From positions 129,597-193,596 of the forward strand of contig NZ_QHLL01000001.1 in assembly GCF_006864535.1 (NCBI RefSeq): DNA of 64,000 nt, written 5' to 3'. The notes below the pieces were generated by a model. It ran no database searches. It saw nothing but the letters and a program-made list of their open reading frames with translations, and was not told the origin of the DNA. The position numbers and the translations under genes are program-made. This stretch comes from Campylobacter sp. MIT 12-8780. Lineage in GTDB: Bacteria; Campylobacterota; Campylobacteria; Campylobacterales; Campylobacteraceae. Position 1 is the stretch's first letter. Every line of letters begins with the position of its first letter. Below are positions 17,704 to 29,496 of the stretch, piece after piece.

Positions 17704-19128
17704 ATGCATGGGAAGATAATGGTATATATGGATTCTACTGGACGTGGAACGGTGATGAATTTAGCTAAAGTTTTTTTTGACTTTAACAGACAAAATTGGC
17801 ATGATAAAAAATCAATGCCAAGTGCTGGCGTTTTTGTTGAATTTAACGCCGATGGAAAAAGAATTACAAGCTTAAAGCCTTCAAAATATCAAGAATTTAA
17901 AGAAGGCGATTTTATCACAGAGCAAGATTTTTGGCGAACTGATAGCGATGATGCGCTTGAAGATGTGCAAAATTCAAGACGTAGTGCTTATATCACACAG
18001 CTTTTTAGAACGACTGATTTTGATAGCATTGATCATATCCCTTTATCTATGACTATACCCCAAGCGATTCAAAAATACTTTGAAGGCGAAATTCTCTCCG
18101 TTGAAGCCTTAAAGGTAAATATGGAAAACAACGATAAAGAAGCCCCTTGCATACTTGATTTTTTCATCATCAAACGCTTTTTAAACAAGGCTTTTGATAC
18201 GCTCATTTTCATGGATAATTCTATCAATCAAACCCAATTTGCCACACTCAAAAGCATTACAATGCACCTTGAAAACTCATTCAATGATATGAGAGACAAA
18301 CAAAAACTCCTTAACACAACGCGAATTTTTAATGAAATTTTTCTTTCAGTGCAATGTCATTATCAAGCTCTAGTTGCTACAATAGATACAAGAAAAAATC
18401 GCCTCACATCAAATGAACACCAGCTTCGCACCGCACAAACTGAAATGCGCTTACTCACTTCTAAGCCAAAGCCTGATCCAGACAAAATCAAAGCCAAGCA
18501 AGACAGAATGGACGAGCTCATCAAAGAAATCACTTATTTTAAAGAAACTTTAACGCGTTTGGAGGGCTTAAGAAATGATTTTTATAAAAAAAATCTTAGT
18601 CTTTTTGAAAACGCCTTTAAACTTTCAAGAGAAAAGCTTTTTCAAAAAATCATCACAGGGCTGAATTTGTGCGCAACTATCATGGATACTAAAATTTGGA
18701 GCATTGCGCTCAAATCTTCTGGAGTGAAAAACTCATATTTTTCAAGAAACAACACAGAACATTCTTTTTGCGCTTTATCCTTTGCTGAACTTTATCTAAG
18801 CCGTCTTGATAAGGCTTCTTTAAATCCAAGCGATCAAAAGCTTTATGCGTATTTGCAAAAGATCAACAAAGAGCATGGTAAAAAATTTCTTGTTGTTACA
18901 AGCGATCTTGAACTGCTTACAAAGGTCAAAATTCAAGTCTTCACGCTCAATCCTTACTTTATCGTCAAATATGCTCCAAAAAAGGTAAATTACCAATCCT
19001 TAATGCGTGATAACACCTTTGATATGGTATATATCGATGAAAAAACAGCATGGGAAAATGCAGCTGATATTATCCTTGAAGGTAAGCATTTTGATAAATA
19101 CGGCAAGACTAAATTTAAGCTTATTTAA
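17704..19128 (+). CDS. hypothetical protein (474 aa, coiled-coil central region)
   Basis: Long ORF with its own AT-rich promoter region and an AAGGAAA Shine-Dalgarno. No recognisable catalytic motif. Confidence 0.55.
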   Translation: MHGKIMVYMDSTGRGTVMNLAKVFFDFNRQNWHDKKSMPSAGVFVEFNADGKRITSLKPSKYQEFKEGDFITEQDFWRTDSDDALEDVQNSRRSAYITQLFRTTDFDSIDHIPLSMTIPQAIQKYFEGEILSVEALKVNMENNDKEAPCILDFFIIKRFLNKAFDTLIFMDNSINQTQFATLKSITMHLENSFNDMRDKQKLLNTTRIFNEIFLSVQCHYQALVATIDTRKNRLTSNEHQLRTAQTEMRLLTSKPKPDPDKIKAKQDRMDELIKEITYFKETLTRLEGLRNDFYKKNLSLFENAFKLSREKLFQKIITGLNLCATIMDTKIWSIALKSSGVKNSYFSRNNTEHSFCALSFAELYLSRLDKASLNPSDQKLYAYLQKINKEHGKKFLVVTSDLELLTKVKIQVFTLNPYFIVKYAPKKVNYQSLMRDNTFDMVYIDEKTAWENAADIILEGKHFDKYGKTKFKLI

Positions 19129-19147
19129 TCAAGCATAAAGAAAAATT

Positions 19148-19157
19148 TGTTATAATT
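19148..19157 (+). promoter_or_regulatory. extended -10 promoter element (tgtTATAAT) driving the candidate 6S RNA / purD leader
   Basis: TGnTATAAT match at 19148..19157. The predicted transcription start near 19165 coincides with the start of the terminal closing stem. Confidence 0.45.
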
Positions 19158-19164
19158 TCTTAGC

Positions 19165-19352
19165 CTGAATGGCTCGTATTAATGTTAAAGAGGATCCAAC
19201 ACATTTTTTTTACTGCGATCGTGCGAATGCTCTGTGTTCTGTGACTTCGTTTGAGTGTCTTAAAAAACGCGAGAAGCTGCAGCCTTAAGTGTTTGCCTAG
19301 TGGTTTTCTTGACTTTTTGGGGTCAGATCTTAGCAAACGACCATTTGGGTTT
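19165..19352 (+). ncRNA. ssrS: candidate 6S RNA (ssrS)-like structured RNA upstream of purD
   Basis: ~190 nt intergenic segment that is markedly GC-richer than its surroundings. The 5' segment CCUGAAUGG pairs with the 3' segment CCAUUUGGG to give a 9-bp closing stem, followed by 4 more bp. The interior contains large unpaired regions, and the element ends in a U-run. From memory, 6S RNA is linked to purD in Campylobacter and Helicobacter. Confidence 0.45.
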
Positions 19353-19369
19353 TATTTGGAGCGATATTT

Positions 19370-20620
19370 ATGAAAATTTTAATCTTAGGCAGCGGGGCTA
19401 GAGAGTATTCTATCGCTTTAGCTTTAAAGCAAAGTCCCAAAAAAACTGAACTTTTTTTTGCGCCCGGTAATGCAGCGATGCAAAAACTTGGCACAAACTT
19501 AAATTTAAAAGATATAAACGTTATCGCAAGCTATGCGAAGGCAAAAGAATTTGATCTTTGTATAGTCGGTGGTGAGAGTTTTTTAGCACAAGGCGTGGTT
19601 GATCTTTTTAGACAAAATAATATCCCTATTTTTGGACCAACAAAAGCTGCGGCTATGCTTGAAATTTCAAAGTCTTTTATGAAAAGTTTTTTAAAAAAAC
19701 ATAAGATTAAAACAGCAAAATTTCTCAATACCAGCGATTTACAAAAAGCAAAAGCTTTTATTAAAACACTTACGCCGCCAATTGTTATCAAAGCTGATGG
19801 TTTATGTGCTGGAAAAGGCGTTATCATCGCGCAAAGCTATGAAGAAGCTTTTAAAGCAAGTGAAGATATGCTTAGTGGTAAAAGTTTTGGTGATGCGGGC
19901 AAGCTTATCGTTATCGAAGAGTTTTTAGATGGCTTTGAGCTGAGCGTATTTGCGGTGTGCGATGGCACGGATTTTGTGCTTTTGCCAGTTGCTCAAGATC
20001 ACAAAAAACTCAAAGATAATGATCAAGGACCAAACACAGGAGGTATGGGAGCTTACGCACCAAGCACCTTAGCTGATGAAAATCTCTTAAGACGCATTCA
20101 AAGAGATATCATCATACCAACACTAAATGGTATGAAAGCTGATGATAATGAATTTAACGGCGTGCTTTTTGCTGGCATTATGGTTGTTAATAACAAGCCT
20201 TTTGTTTTAGAATACAATGTGCGTTTTGGTGATCCAGAATGCGAAGTGCTTATGCCTTTGCTTGATGATCCTTTAGAACTTATCTTAGCGTGCGTTGAAA
20301 AAAGGCTTAAACACACGCAGATTAAGATTAAAGATGAATTTGCTGTAGGTGTGGTGTGTGCGAGCAAAAACTATCCTTATTCAAGCTCTGAAAAAACACC
20401 TATTCATATCAAAGAAATTCCAGAAAATACCCATATTTCTTATGCTGGAGTGAGTTTAGAAAACGGACAGCTTTTTGCTGATGGAGGCAGAGTGCTTGTG
20501 TGTGTTGGGCTTGGCAAAAGCATACAAGAAGCTCGAAATAAAGCTTATGAACTTTGCGAAAATGTGGAATTTGAAGGAAAACAATACAGAAAAGACATAG
20601 CTTTTCAGGTTTTAAAATGA
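19370..20620 (+). CDS. purD: phosphoribosylamine--glycine ligase
   Basis: 416 aa with an ATP-grasp fold. N-terminus [19 protein letters not shown], and a GAYAP motif. Confidence 0.95.
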   Translation: MKILILGSGAREYSIALALKQSPKKTELFFAPGNAAMQKLGTNLNLKDINVIASYAKAKEFDLCIVGGESFLAQGVVDLFRQNNIPIFGPTKAAAMLEISKSFMKSFLKKHKIKTAKFLNTSDLQKAKAFIKTLTPPIVIKADGLCAGKGVIIAQSYEEAFKASEDMLSGKSFGDAGKLIVIEEFLDGFELSVFAVCDGTDFVLLPVAQDHKKLKDNDQGPNTGGMGAYAPSTLADENLLRRIQRDIIIPTLNGMKADDNEFNGVLFAGIMVVNNKPFVLEYNVRFGDPECEVLMPLLDDPLELILACVEKRLKHTQIKIKDEFAVGVVCASKNYPYSSSEKTPIHIKEIPENTHISYAGVSLENGQLFADGGRVLVCVGLGKSIQEARNKAYELCENVEFEGKQYRKDIAFQVLK

Positions 20621-21069
20621 ATAATGATATACTTGACAAGCTTGATAGGGAAGGCTTAAAAATAGCTAGCATTGGCAAAAGGGTGCTTGCCTTTTTGGTT
20701 GATGATTTTATTTTAAGCTTAATCGTTTTCTTTGTCTTTTACGAGCAACTTAGCAATGCTAAAGATAGTCTTGAGATGATGAATATGCTTGCAAATTATA
20801 GCTTTGCACTTGTATTTTTGCAATTTTGCTACCACACTCTTTTCATCTCTTTTTATGGCGCTACGCTTGGAAAAATGCTGTGTAAAATCGCTGTGGTTGA
20901 TCAAGCTTTATTTGATAAGCCAAATTTAGCCCAAAGTGCTTTAAGAGCAGTAGTTAGGCAAATCAGCAGCTCAGCTTTTTTTCTTGGCTTTGCATGGGCT
21001 TTGGGAAATGATCTGAAAAAAACATGGCAAGATTATGTTGCTAAAACTTTGGTGATCGAGCTTGCGTAA
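20617..21069 (+). CDS. RDD-family membrane protein
   Basis: 150 aa with 3 transmembrane helices and RDD-type conserved R...D...D positions ([12 protein letters not shown]). Its start overlaps the purD stop. Confidence 0.65.
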   Translation: MNNDILDKLDREGLKIASIGKRVLAFLVDDFILSLIVFFVFYEQLSNAKDSLEMMNMLANYSFALVFLQFCYHTLFISFYGATLGKMLCKIAVVDQALFDKPNLAQSALRAVVRQISSSAFFLGFAWALGNDLKKTWQDYVAKTLVIELA

Positions 21070-23137
21070 AATTAGCTTTGTGCTTTTGCCTTTATGCTTT
21101 TTTTTAGAAGCAGCGCAAGTTGATTTTTATGCCAAATCCGTGCAAAAAGAAGGCGAGCTTATCAAGGCTAACGATGAAGTTTTAATCTTTTCTGATTTGT
21201 ATTTTATCAAGGCTGATAAAGCTATATACAACGAAACAAGCAAAGAAGTCGAGCTTTTTGGTGACATTAGTGTTTTAAGAGGCGAAGAAGAGCGATCTAC
21301 AGCGTGTTATGCAAAGCTTAATCTTGAAAACAACGAAGCTAATTTTGAAAACTTTTTTTTTGCAAATAACGATCTTGAAGTATGGTTTCAAAGCCAAAAA
21401 AGCGAACTCAATGATAAAAATTTCATAGGACAAAACTCCATCGTATCAAGCTGTAATGTCGAAAATCCGGATTGGCAGCTTAAATTTAGTGAAGGCGAGC
21501 TTAACAGAGAAAATAACTTTTTACATATTTATAATGCTAAGCTCTATGTGAAAAATGTGCCGATTTTTTATCTGCCTTATTTTGGTTTTAGCGTTGATAC
21601 CTCAAGAAAAAGCGGACTTTTAATCCCAAAGATAGAGTTTAACAGAAATGATGGCTTGTTTTATGAACAGCCCATTTATCTTGTTTTTGATGAGCATTAT
21701 GATATAGAATTTGATCCACAAATTAGGGCTCAAAGAGGCATTGGGGTGTATTCTACCTTGCGTTTTATGGACTCAGCTTACTCAAGTGGTGAGCTTAATG
21801 CTGGGTATTTTAGAGAAAGAAAGGATTATTTTGAAAAAGAAGGCTTAAAAAATCAAAGTCATGATGGCGTGGAGCTTAAATACCTTAGGCAAGATTTTTT
21901 AAAAAATTACTTTGCTCTTAAAGACAATTTTCAAGAAGGCTTATGGCTTGATGCGATTTATCTTAATGATGTGGATTACTTGAATTTGGGGCGTAGGGAC
22001 TATAGAGATTTAACCTCGCTTGCAACTTCAAAGATGAATTATTTTTTAGCTGATGAAAATAATTATTATGCTGCTTATGCAAGGTATTATATCGATACCT
22101 CAGCCATTAGCAATGCTGCAACCTTGCAAGAATATCCTTCTTTTCAATACCACCGCTTTTTAGACGGAATTTTTGATAATATATTTCAGTATTCTTATGA
22201 TGGCACTTTTAACCGCTATTATAGAAGCGAGGGCGTGTATGCAAATTTTATGAATGCAAATTTGCCACTGACTTACCACCAAGCACTTTTTGATGATTTT
22301 TTGCAGTTTAATTTCACTGAAACTTTTATCGCTTCTTTTGCAGACTATACAAGAAGAACAAGGGGCAAGGATAGAGAATACTTAATTCAAAATTATCACA
22401 ACCTTGCTTTATATACTGATCTTGCAAAAGCATACAACAACTTTTACCATACTTTAAATTTAGAACTTGATTATGTTTTAAGAGGGGCAAGCACCGGAGA
22501 AATCACTCAAGATTTTTTGCGTCCCACAGACTTTGATGATGGCTTAAATCTTAAGATTAGTCAATACTTTTACAACAAAGAAGCTGAAAAAAAACTCAAA
22601 CATCGCTTGAATTTCAACTATGATACCAAAACTCAAAAATTTACAGATTTTCAAAATTTAATGCAGTATTTTTTTGCTGAGAATTTTTCTGTGAGTAATG
22701 AAGCTGAATATTCTTACTCGCAAACTCGTTTTACAAAAGTTATTAGTCAAATTGATATGAATTTGCAAAAATTTAATTTTAATTTTACCCATGCTTACAA
22801 AAATGATGCGAGCGAAAACTTAACCAGCACAAAGCACAGCTTCATAGGAGCGAGGGTGGATTATTCGCCAAATATCAACTATAAACTTTTTTCAGGAGTG
22901 TGGTTTGATACACAAAGAGCACATTTAAATGCTTGGGAAGTAGGCTATACTTTTCAGCGAAAGTGCTGGAATTATTCTATAGTCTATAAAGAACGAATTG
23001 ATCCACAACTTACAAGTGCTGGTATTAATGCAAAATCTAAAAATGGCGTATATTTTGTGTTTAATTTCTACCCAATAGGTGGCGTGCAGTATGACTTTTC
23101 TTTACAAGAAAATGAAAGTCAAGTCGGTAGTTTGTAG
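21062..23137 (+). CDS. lptD: LPS-assembly outer membrane protein LptD (OstA family)
   Basis: 691 aa. Signal peptide, N-terminal OstA-like beta-jellyroll region, and a long C-terminal aromatic-rich beta-barrel. Confidence 0.65.
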   Translation: MRKISFVLLPLCFFLEAAQVDFYAKSVQKEGELIKANDEVLIFSDLYFIKADKAIYNETSKEVELFGDISVLRGEEERSTACYAKLNLENNEANFENFFFANNDLEVWFQSQKSELNDKNFIGQNSIVSSCNVENPDWQLKFSEGELNRENNFLHIYNAKLYVKNVPIFYLPYFGFSVDTSRKSGLLIPKIEFNRNDGLFYEQPIYLVFDEHYDIEFDPQIRAQRGIGVYSTLRFMDSAYSSGELNAGYFRERKDYFEKEGLKNQSHDGVELKYLRQDFLKNYFALKDNFQEGLWLDAIYLNDVDYLNLGRRDYRDLTSLATSKMNYFLADENNYYAAYARYYIDTSAISNAATLQEYPSFQYHRFLDGIFDNIFQYSYDGTFNRYYRSEGVYANFMNANLPLTYHQALFDDFLQFNFTETFIASFADYTRRTRGKDREYLIQNYHNLALYTDLAKAYNNFYHTLNLELDYVLRGASTGEITQDFLRPTDFDDGLNLKISQYFYNKEAEKKLKHRLNFNYDTKTQKFTDFQNLMQYFFAENFSVSNEAEYSYSQTRFTKVISQIDMNLQKFNFNFTHAYKNDASENLTSTKHSFIGARVDYSPNINYKLFSGVWFDTQRAHLNAWEVGYTFQRKCWNYSIVYKERIDPQLTSAGINAKSKNGVYFVFNFYPIGGVQYDFSLQENESQVGSL

Positions 23138-23270
23138 CGCGTGTTTAGACAAAGTTATCTTTTTTTGGGTATAAATTATAACGAGCGATGAAAGAAAAGC
23201 TTGTTAAGCTTTTGATGAAAAATTTAACAAGCTTTGTTCTCATTCATCGTTAAATTTTAAAGGAGAAACG

Positions 23271-25418
23271 ATGACATATAGCATAGAGCTGAATAATCAT
23301 CTTGAAATTTTTGATATTGACAAGGTAGCAAAACAAGCCAGTGGAGCTGTTTTGATGCGTCAAGGCAAAAGCGTGGTTTTAGCCACAGTTGCAAGGGAAA
23401 ACACACCAGTTGAGGAAGATTTTTTGCCCTTAACTGTGCAGTATATCGAAAAAGCATATGCGGCTGGAAAAATTCCGGGCGGATATATCAAGCGAGAAAC
23501 CAAACCAAGCGATGCTGAAACACTTACAGCGCGTATTATCGACAGAAGCTTAAGACCACTTTTTCCAAAAGGTTATGCTTATCCTACACAAATCGTTGTT
23601 ATGGTGCTCTCAGCTGATAGCGAAGTTGATCTTCAAGTAATGAGCTTAAATGCAGCAAGCGTGGCTTTATATTTAAGTGATATAGAGATAAAAGCTCCTG
23701 TTTGCGGAGTAAGAATAGCGCAAATTGAAGGTGAGTTTATCCTAAATCCAACTTGCTCTGAACTTAAAAAAAGCAATCTAGATCTCTATCTAGCTGGCGT
23801 TAAAGATGAACTTTTGATGATAGAAATGAGAACTTTACCAAGCTATGATACTGAAAATTTAGCTCTTGAGAGTAATTTTGCTGAGAATTTAACAAGCGGT
23901 ATGCAAAATATGAATGAATTAAGCGAAGATGCGATGATTAGGGCTTTGGATTTTGGTATGCAAGCTATAGAAAATGGCTCAAATGCTTATGAAGAAGCCT
24001 TTAACAAACACAAAAAACAAGGTGAAATCGAACTTAAAATCATAGAAGAGCACAGCGAGCTTGCTGAATATATCGAAAAAAATTATTCTAACGAAATCAA
24101 AGCCGCTCTTTATCAAATGGCAAAAAGCGAAAGAGCTGTCGAGCTTGAAAAAATCGCCCAAATCATACTTAAAAGCAAGGCAAGCGAAGATAAAGAAGCG
24201 ATAATGAGTGCTTTAAACAAAGTTAAAAGAAAATTTGTAAGATCAGGTATCATCAATGAAGGCAAAAGAGCTGATGGCAGAAGCTTAGATGAAGTGCGAC
24301 CTATCAGCATAGAAACAAATTTATTGCCTAACGCACATGGTTCTTGTCTTTTTACAAGAGGACAAACTCAAGCCCTTGTGGTAGCGACTTTAGGCACAGA
24401 TGCGGACGCTCAAATGATTGATTTGCTTACCGAAAAAACAAGTATAAGCGAAAGATTTATGGTAAATTACAATTTTCCGGGCTTTTCAGTAGGCGAAGCA
24501 AGCCCTATGAAAGCACCGGGTAGAAGAGAGCTAGGGCATGGAAATCTAGCAAAAAGAGCTTTATATCCTAGTGTTGATGAAAATTATCCTTATGTGATCC
24601 GTCTTGTATCTGAAATTTTAGAAAGCAATGGCTCAAGCTCTATGGCAAGCGTGTGTGGCGGGGCTTTGGCATTAAGAGCAGCTGGGGTAAAAACAGCTAA
24701 GCTTGTAGCTGGAGTAGCGATGGGGCTTGTGTTTGAAGAAGGAAAAACAGCTGTTTTAACCGATATTATGGGCTTAGAAGATCATGATGGGGATATGGAT
24801 TTTAAAGTCGCTGGAAGCAAAGATGGCATTACAGCCTTGCAAATGGATATCAAACTTGGTGGTATAGACAAAAACACATTACAAAGAGCTTTATTACAAG
24901 CTAAAGACGCAAGATTACACATACTAAACATCATGGAAGAAGCTGAAAAAGACATCGTTATCAACGAAGAAATTTTACCAAAACTTGAGCTTTTCAGCGT
25001 TGATCCTTCAAAAATCGTTGAGATTATCGGACAAGCAGGCAAAACTATCAAAGAAATCATTGAAAAATTCGAAGTAGCAATCGATCTTGACAGAGATAAA
25101 GGCGAGGTAAAAATCGCTGGAGCTAGAAACGAACAGGTTAAAGCTGCAAAAGATTATATCATCAATATCGTTTCAAAAGAAAGCAAATTTGATAAAAAAC
25201 GAGGCTTCAAAAAAGATCATTTGCCTTTTGAGATAGGCGAAGTTTTTGAAGGTAGGGTTAAAAATATCGCTCCTTTTGGGGCTTTTATCGAGCTTAGAGA
25301 CGGCGTTGATGGGCTTTTACATAGCTCTAAAATCAAAGGCGATTTAAGAGAAAATGATCTCGTTCGCGTCAGGGTAAATGAACTCAAAAACGGCAAAGTA
25401 TCTCTTGATCTTGCTTAA
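23271..25418 (+). CDS. pnp: polynucleotide phosphorylase
   Basis: 715 aa with two RNase PH domains plus C-terminal KH and S1 domains ([15 protein letters not shown]). Confidence 0.95.
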   Translation: MTYSIELNNHLEIFDIDKVAKQASGAVLMRQGKSVVLATVARENTPVEEDFLPLTVQYIEKAYAAGKIPGGYIKRETKPSDAETLTARIIDRSLRPLFPKGYAYPTQIVVMVLSADSEVDLQVMSLNAASVALYLSDIEIKAPVCGVRIAQIEGEFILNPTCSELKKSNLDLYLAGVKDELLMIEMRTLPSYDTENLALESNFAENLTSGMQNMNELSEDAMIRALDFGMQAIENGSNAYEEAFNKHKKQGEIELKIIEEHSELAEYIEKNYSNEIKAALYQMAKSERAVELEKIAQIILKSKASEDKEAIMSALNKVKRKFVRSGIINEGKRADGRSLDEVRPISIETNLLPNAHGSCLFTRGQTQALVVATLGTDADAQMIDLLTEKTSISERFMVNYNFPGFSVGEASPMKAPGRRELGHGNLAKRALYPSVDENYPYVIRLVSEILESNGSSSMASVCGGALALRAAGVKTAKLVAGVAMGLVFEEGKTAVLTDIMGLEDHDGDMDFKVAGSKDGITALQMDIKLGGIDKNTLQRALLQAKDARLHILNIMEEAEKDIVINEEILPKLELFSVDPSKIVEIIGQAGKTIKEIIEKFEVAIDLDRDKGEVKIAGARNEQVKAAKDYIINIVSKESKFDKKRGFKKDHLPFEIGEVFEGRVKNIAPFGAFIELRDGVDGLLHSSKIKGDLRENDLVRVRVNELKNGKVSLDLA

Positions 25419-26602
25419 GCAAAAATGCTCTTTCTTTGCAAGATAGCAAAGTAAAGAGCAAAAACCAAAAACATCACGCTAATCATCTTGAAAACAAATT
25501 CTATGCTATAAAGCCCAGCCAAAAAGCCTCCGCTTACAGAACCGATGAAATTTCCAAGCGCAAAAGCACTTTGATTGAAGCCAAAAACCAAGCCAAGCTT
25601 TTTTTGAGGCACAATCTTTTTAAACAAAGCATTCACACAAGGCACAAGCCCACCAAGTCCCACACCCAAAAGCAAACGCAAGAAAATTAAAGCGATGATA
25701 TTTTCTACCAAAGAATGCAAATAAAAAATCACCGCACAAAAAGCCAGTGCTATAAGCAAAACCTTTCCAGCTCCTATCTTATCAGCTATTTTACCAAGCT
25801 TTGGAGCAAAGATGATATTGCTTACCCCACTTGCAGCCACAACAAGCCCAGCCCAAAGAGCGATAAAATGTGCTGAGTGATGAATTTGTTCAACAAACAA
25901 AGACATAATAGGCATAACCGCATTAAAGCCTACTTGTATGATAAAAGTAAGGGCAAAAAGTGTAAGCAAGAGGCTTAAATTCTGCTTCAAAGCTCCTGTT
26001 TGGCTAAATTCCAAATCCACACCCTCATCTACCCTGCCCTTGTCTTTGATGAAAAAATAAGTCGTTAAAAAAGAGCAAAATAAAAGTGCGGCAATCACGA
26101 CAAATAAAGCTCGAATGCCTACAAGCTCGGCAAACAAACCCCCAAACAAAGGACCTATCAAATTTCCACTCACCGAAGCCGTAGAAAGCGTGGCTAGGGC
26201 ATAGGTTGCTTTTTCTTTTGGCGAGATTAAAGCGATATAAACAATAGCAGCTGAAGTAAAACCTGAAACCAAACCTGTTAAAGCCCTTATGATGATGATT
26301 TGCTCCACATTTTGCACAAAAGCAAGGAAAAGGGTTAAAAAAGCCATACCAAAACTTGCTCTTAAAAGCATCAATCTTGAGCCAAAGCGGTTGGTTAAAT
26401 GTCCCCAAAAAGGCGAGCAAAAAGCCATCATCAAAGCCGTTATACCAAAGCAAAGCCCAGAATAAAAAGTGATTTGCTCATACTCACTTACCCCCAAAGA
26501 GCGTATATAAAAGGGTAAAATAGGAGCAAGTTGTGATAAACCCATACTTGTAGTAAAGACGCCAAACCAGCAAATAAGAAGATTTTTCTTGAAATTTCTC
26601 AT
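25415..26602 (-). CDS. MFS transporter (12 transmembrane helices)
   Basis: 395 aa hydrophobic protein with an MFS topology. Convergent with pnp, overlapping its stop by 4 nt. Confidence 0.8.
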   Translation of the reverse strand: MRNFKKNLLICWFGVFTTSMGLSQLAPILPFYIRSLGVSEYEQITFYSGLCFGITALMMAFCSPFWGHLTNRFGSRLMLLRASFGMAFLTLFLAFVQNVEQIIIIRALTGLVSGFTSAAIVYIALISPKEKATYALATLSTASVSGNLIGPLFGGLFAELVGIRALFVVIAALLFCSFLTTYFFIKDKGRVDEGVDLEFSQTGALKQNLSLLLTLFALTFIIQVGFNAVMPIMSLFVEQIHHSAHFIALWAGLVVAASGVSNIIFAPKLGKIADKIGAGKVLLIALAFCAVIFYLHSLVENIIALIFLRLLLGVGLGGLVPCVNALFKKIVPQKKLGLVFGFNQSAFALGNFIGSVSGGFLAGLYSIEFVFKMISVMFLVFALYFAILQRKSIFA

Positions 26603-26655
26603 AAAAATATTGTATTATATGAATTTGAAATTTTTACTGAATTAAGGATAAGGCT

Positions 26656-27114
26656 TTGAAGAAAATTTGTTTTGTTTGTCTTGGAAATATCTGCAGATCG
26701 CCTATGGCTGAATTTGTAATGAAAAACTTAGCACAAAAATACGGCTTAAATGATAAGCTAAGCATCACAAGTGCAGGCACAGCAGGCTATCATGATGGAG
26801 AAGATATGGATAAAAGAACAAAGAAAAAGCTCAGTGAAAAAAGCATAAATGCAACACATTTTATCAGCAAAAAACTCACCCAAAAGCTTTGCGATGAAAG
26901 CGAACTTATACTTGTTATGGATAAGATGAATTACAAAGCCGTGCAAAGCAACTTTAAAGGGCTTGAAAACAAGCTTTTTTATCTTTTAGACTTTTGTGAA
27001 AATACTGACAAAGAAATACCTGATCCTTACTATACAAACACCTTTGAAGAATGCCACGAACTTATCTTAAAAGCCTGCGAAGGACTTTGCAAACACTTGC
27101 AACAAGAGCTATAA
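26656..27114 (+). CDS. low-molecular-weight protein-tyrosine phosphatase
   Basis: 152 aa with the P-loop CLGNICRSP (C-x5-R), and a DPYY motif containing the catalytic Asp. TTG start with an AAGGA Shine-Dalgarno. Confidence 0.85.
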   Translation: MKKICFVCLGNICRSPMAEFVMKNLAQKYGLNDKLSITSAGTAGYHDGEDMDKRTKKKLSEKSINATHFISKKLTQKLCDESELILVMDKMNYKAVQSNFKGLENKLFYLLDFCENTDKEIPDPYYTNTFEECHELILKACEGLCKHLQQEL

Positions 27115-27195
27115 GCACTCTTTAGTAAAAATTCAGCCTTAAAGCTTAGTAAGCTAATCTTATATCACCACGATACAAAAAAGCTACGGCGCACT

Positions 27196-28077
27196 TTAGC
27201 TTAACAAGTCTTTTAAACTCTGCTTTACGCTTTTTCCTCTTAAAATTTGAGCTACTTCGCTAACTATTGGGGTGTAAATTTCATGTTTATTTGCCATTTG
27301 TTCTATAGCAAAGGCTGTTGGTATGCCCTCTACTACCTCTTTAAGCTCACTTATAATCTCATCTTTATTTTTGCCCTCAGCTAGTAAAAGTCCAGCTCTA
27401 TAATTTCTTGAAAGCACGCTAGAAGCGGTTAAAAACAAATCCCCAGCCCCAGAAAGTCCCAAAAATGTCCGCTTGCTTGCTCCAAAAAAGCTGCCAAATC
27501 TTTGCATTTCAACAAGTCCTCTTGCGATCAAACTTGCCCTTGCGTTATTGCCAAGTTTTAAGCCATCACTTATCCCACTAGCTATAGCCAAAACATTTTT
27601 ATACGCCCCACAAATTTCAGCCCCACGCACATCATCATCAACATAGGCTTTGATATAAGAGGGAAAAAAGCTTGCAAATTCCTTGCAAAGTTTTTCATTT
27701 TCCCCACTTACTACCAAAGCACAAGGTAGTTTTTGCATAATTTCAGCTGCAAAGCTTGGACCACTTAAAACGCAAATTCTATCCCTTGAAACATACTCAG
27801 CCATAAGCTCATCTAAAAATTTACAAGACTTTGTATCTATGCCCTTTGAAGCAAGCAAAATTTTTTGCCCCTTGTCCTTGAAATTTTCTTTAAGCCAAGC
27901 TTCAAGTCCTTGAGCCCATAAAGCAAGCACAAGATATTCACATTTTAAAGCCTCAGCCATACTTACAAAATGAGGCAAAGTCCTTGTGTGAGGCGAGCTA
28001 ATGAGACAAGGCTGATTTTGCAAAAAAGCATCTTGTAAGGCACTGCCCCACTTGCCAGCTCCTATAATAGCGATCAT
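27196..28077 (-). CDS. gpsA: NAD(P)H-dependent glycerol-3-phosphate dehydrogenase
   Basis: 293 aa. N-terminal MIAIIGAGKWGSAL Rossmann motif with conserved GpsA core. Confidence 0.9.
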   Translation of the reverse strand: MIAIIGAGKWGSALQDAFLQNQPCLISSPHTRTLPHFVSMAEALKCEYLVLALWAQGLEAWLKENFKDKGQKILLASKGIDTKSCKFLDELMAEYVSRDRICVLSGPSFAAEIMQKLPCALVVSGENEKLCKEFASFFPSYIKAYVDDDVRGAEICGAYKNVLAIASGISDGLKLGNNARASLIARGLVEMQRFGSFFGASKRTFLGLSGAGDLFLTASSVLSRNYRAGLLLAEGKNKDEIISELKEVVEGIPTAFAIEQMANKHEIYTPIVSEVAQILRGKSVKQSLKDLLS

Positions 28078-29496
28078 TTAGCCAAGCTTTGCTTTAAGAA
28101 GTTCATTAACTTTTGCTGGATTAAACGCGCCCTTACCCTCTTTCATCACTTGTCCGACAAAAAAGCCAAAGAGTTTATCCTTGCCACTTTTATATTCAGC
28201 GACTTTATCGGTATTTTTTTCTAAAACTTCAGTGATGATTTTTTCAATAGCACCATCATCACTAACTTGCTTTAAACCAAGCTTATCTATAGCTTCATCT
28301 ATGCTAAAATTTACATTTTCAAACACAAAGGCAAGCACTTCTTTTGCTGCTTTTGCTGAGATAGTGCCATCTTCTATGCGAGCTATTAAATCCCCAAGCT
28401 TATTTGCATCAATAGGTGAATTTTCTATGGTAAGCTCGCCCTTTAAAAGCCCCATAAGTTCAGTTGTAAGCCAAGTTACGCAAAGTTTTGGGCTTAATTT
28501 TCTAGCGATTAAGCTTTCAAAAAAGCGGCTTAATTCAAGGCTTGTTATCAGCACTTCAGCATCGCTTTCTTTTATACCAAGCTCACTCATATAACGAGCT
28601 TTTTTCTCATCTGGAAGCTCCGGTAAGCTGGCATTAAGCATGGAAGGCTTTAAAAATACAGGCAATAAATCAGGATCAGGAAAATACCTATACTCAGCCG
28701 CCTCTTCCTTACCTCTCATTGAACGAGTAGTTAAAGTCGTGGTATTAAAAAGCCTTGTTTCTTGCACCACTTCTTTTTCATAAGTGCCATCTTCCCAAGC
28801 CGCACTTTGCCTTGCTAACTCATATTCTATAGCTTTTTGCACAAAGCGGAAAGAATTTAAGTTTTTTATCTCAACCCTTGTATAAAAGTTCTCATCGCCC
28901 TTTGGACGAATGCTTACATTGACATCGCACCTAAAGCTTCCTTCTTGCATATTTGCATCTGAAATATCTAAAAAACGTATGATAGAATGCAGTTTTTTAA
29001 GATACGCCACCGCTTCATCAGCACTTCTTAAATCAGGTTCACTCACTATCTCTAAAAGCGGAGTGCCACAACGATTAAGATCAACCTTAGAAAAACTTGC
29101 TTCATGGATATTTTTGCCTGCATCTTCTTCTAAGTGAGCTCTTGTAATACCTATGCGTTTGTTTTGCTCGCCAAGCTTGATAAAAAGCTCGCCATTTTCA
29201 ACTATAGGAATGTCAAATTGTGAAATTTGATACGCCTTTGGAGAATCTGGATAAAAATAATTTTTGCGATTAAATATACTCTTTTCATTGATTTTTGCCT
29301 TTATAGCCCTACCAAAAGATACAGCCTTTTTCACAGCTTCTTCATTTAAAACAGGCAGAGCTCCGGGTAAGGCTAGACAAACAGGGCAGACATTGGTATT
29401 TGGCTCTTCTCCAAAAGAAGTCGCACAAGAGCAAAAAATTTTAGTTTTGGTATTTAGCTGGGTATGAACCTCAAGTCCTATGACAAGCTCAAACAT
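28078..29496 (-). CDS. gatB: Asp-tRNA(Asn)/Glu-tRNA(Gln) amidotransferase subunit B
   Basis: 472 aa. [22 protein letters not shown] is the canonical GatB N-terminus. Confidence 0.95.
   Translation of the reverse strand: MFELVIGLEVHTQLNTKTKIFCSCATSFGEEPNTNVCPVCLALPGALPVLNEEAVKKAVSFGRAIKAKINEKSIFNRKNYFYPDSPKAYQISQFDIPIVENGELFIKLGEQNKRIGITRAHLEEDAGKNIHEASFSKVDLNRCGTPLLEIVSEPDLRSADEAVAYLKKLHSIIRFLDISDANMQEGSFRCDVNVSIRPKGDENFYTRVEIKNLNSFRFVQKAIEYELARQSAAWEDGTYEKEVVQETRLFNTTTLTTRSMRGKEEAAEYRYFPDPDLLPVFLKPSMLNASLPELPDEKKARYMSELGIKESDAEVLITSLELSRFFESLIARKLSPKLCVTWLTTELMGLLKGELTIENSPIDANKLGDLIARIEDGTISAKAAKEVLAFVFENVNFSIDEAIDKLGLKQVSDDGAIEKIITEVLEKNTDKVAEYKSGKDKLFGFFVGQVMKEGKGAFNPAKVNELLKAKLG

Noticed and set aside
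19165-19352. ZTP, purine or glycine riboswitch, or SRP RNA, as identity of the structured element upstream of purD
   Set aside because: None of the riboswitch consensus cores can be found: no GGGUCG...CCGCCUGGGC for ZTP, no UAUA...GGGA...CCGUAAAU for purine, no glycine GGAGAG...ACCGAAGGGG. The partial AGCUGCAGCC resemblance to SRP domain IV lacks the GGAA tetraloop context. A 6S-like closing-stem architecture fits better.
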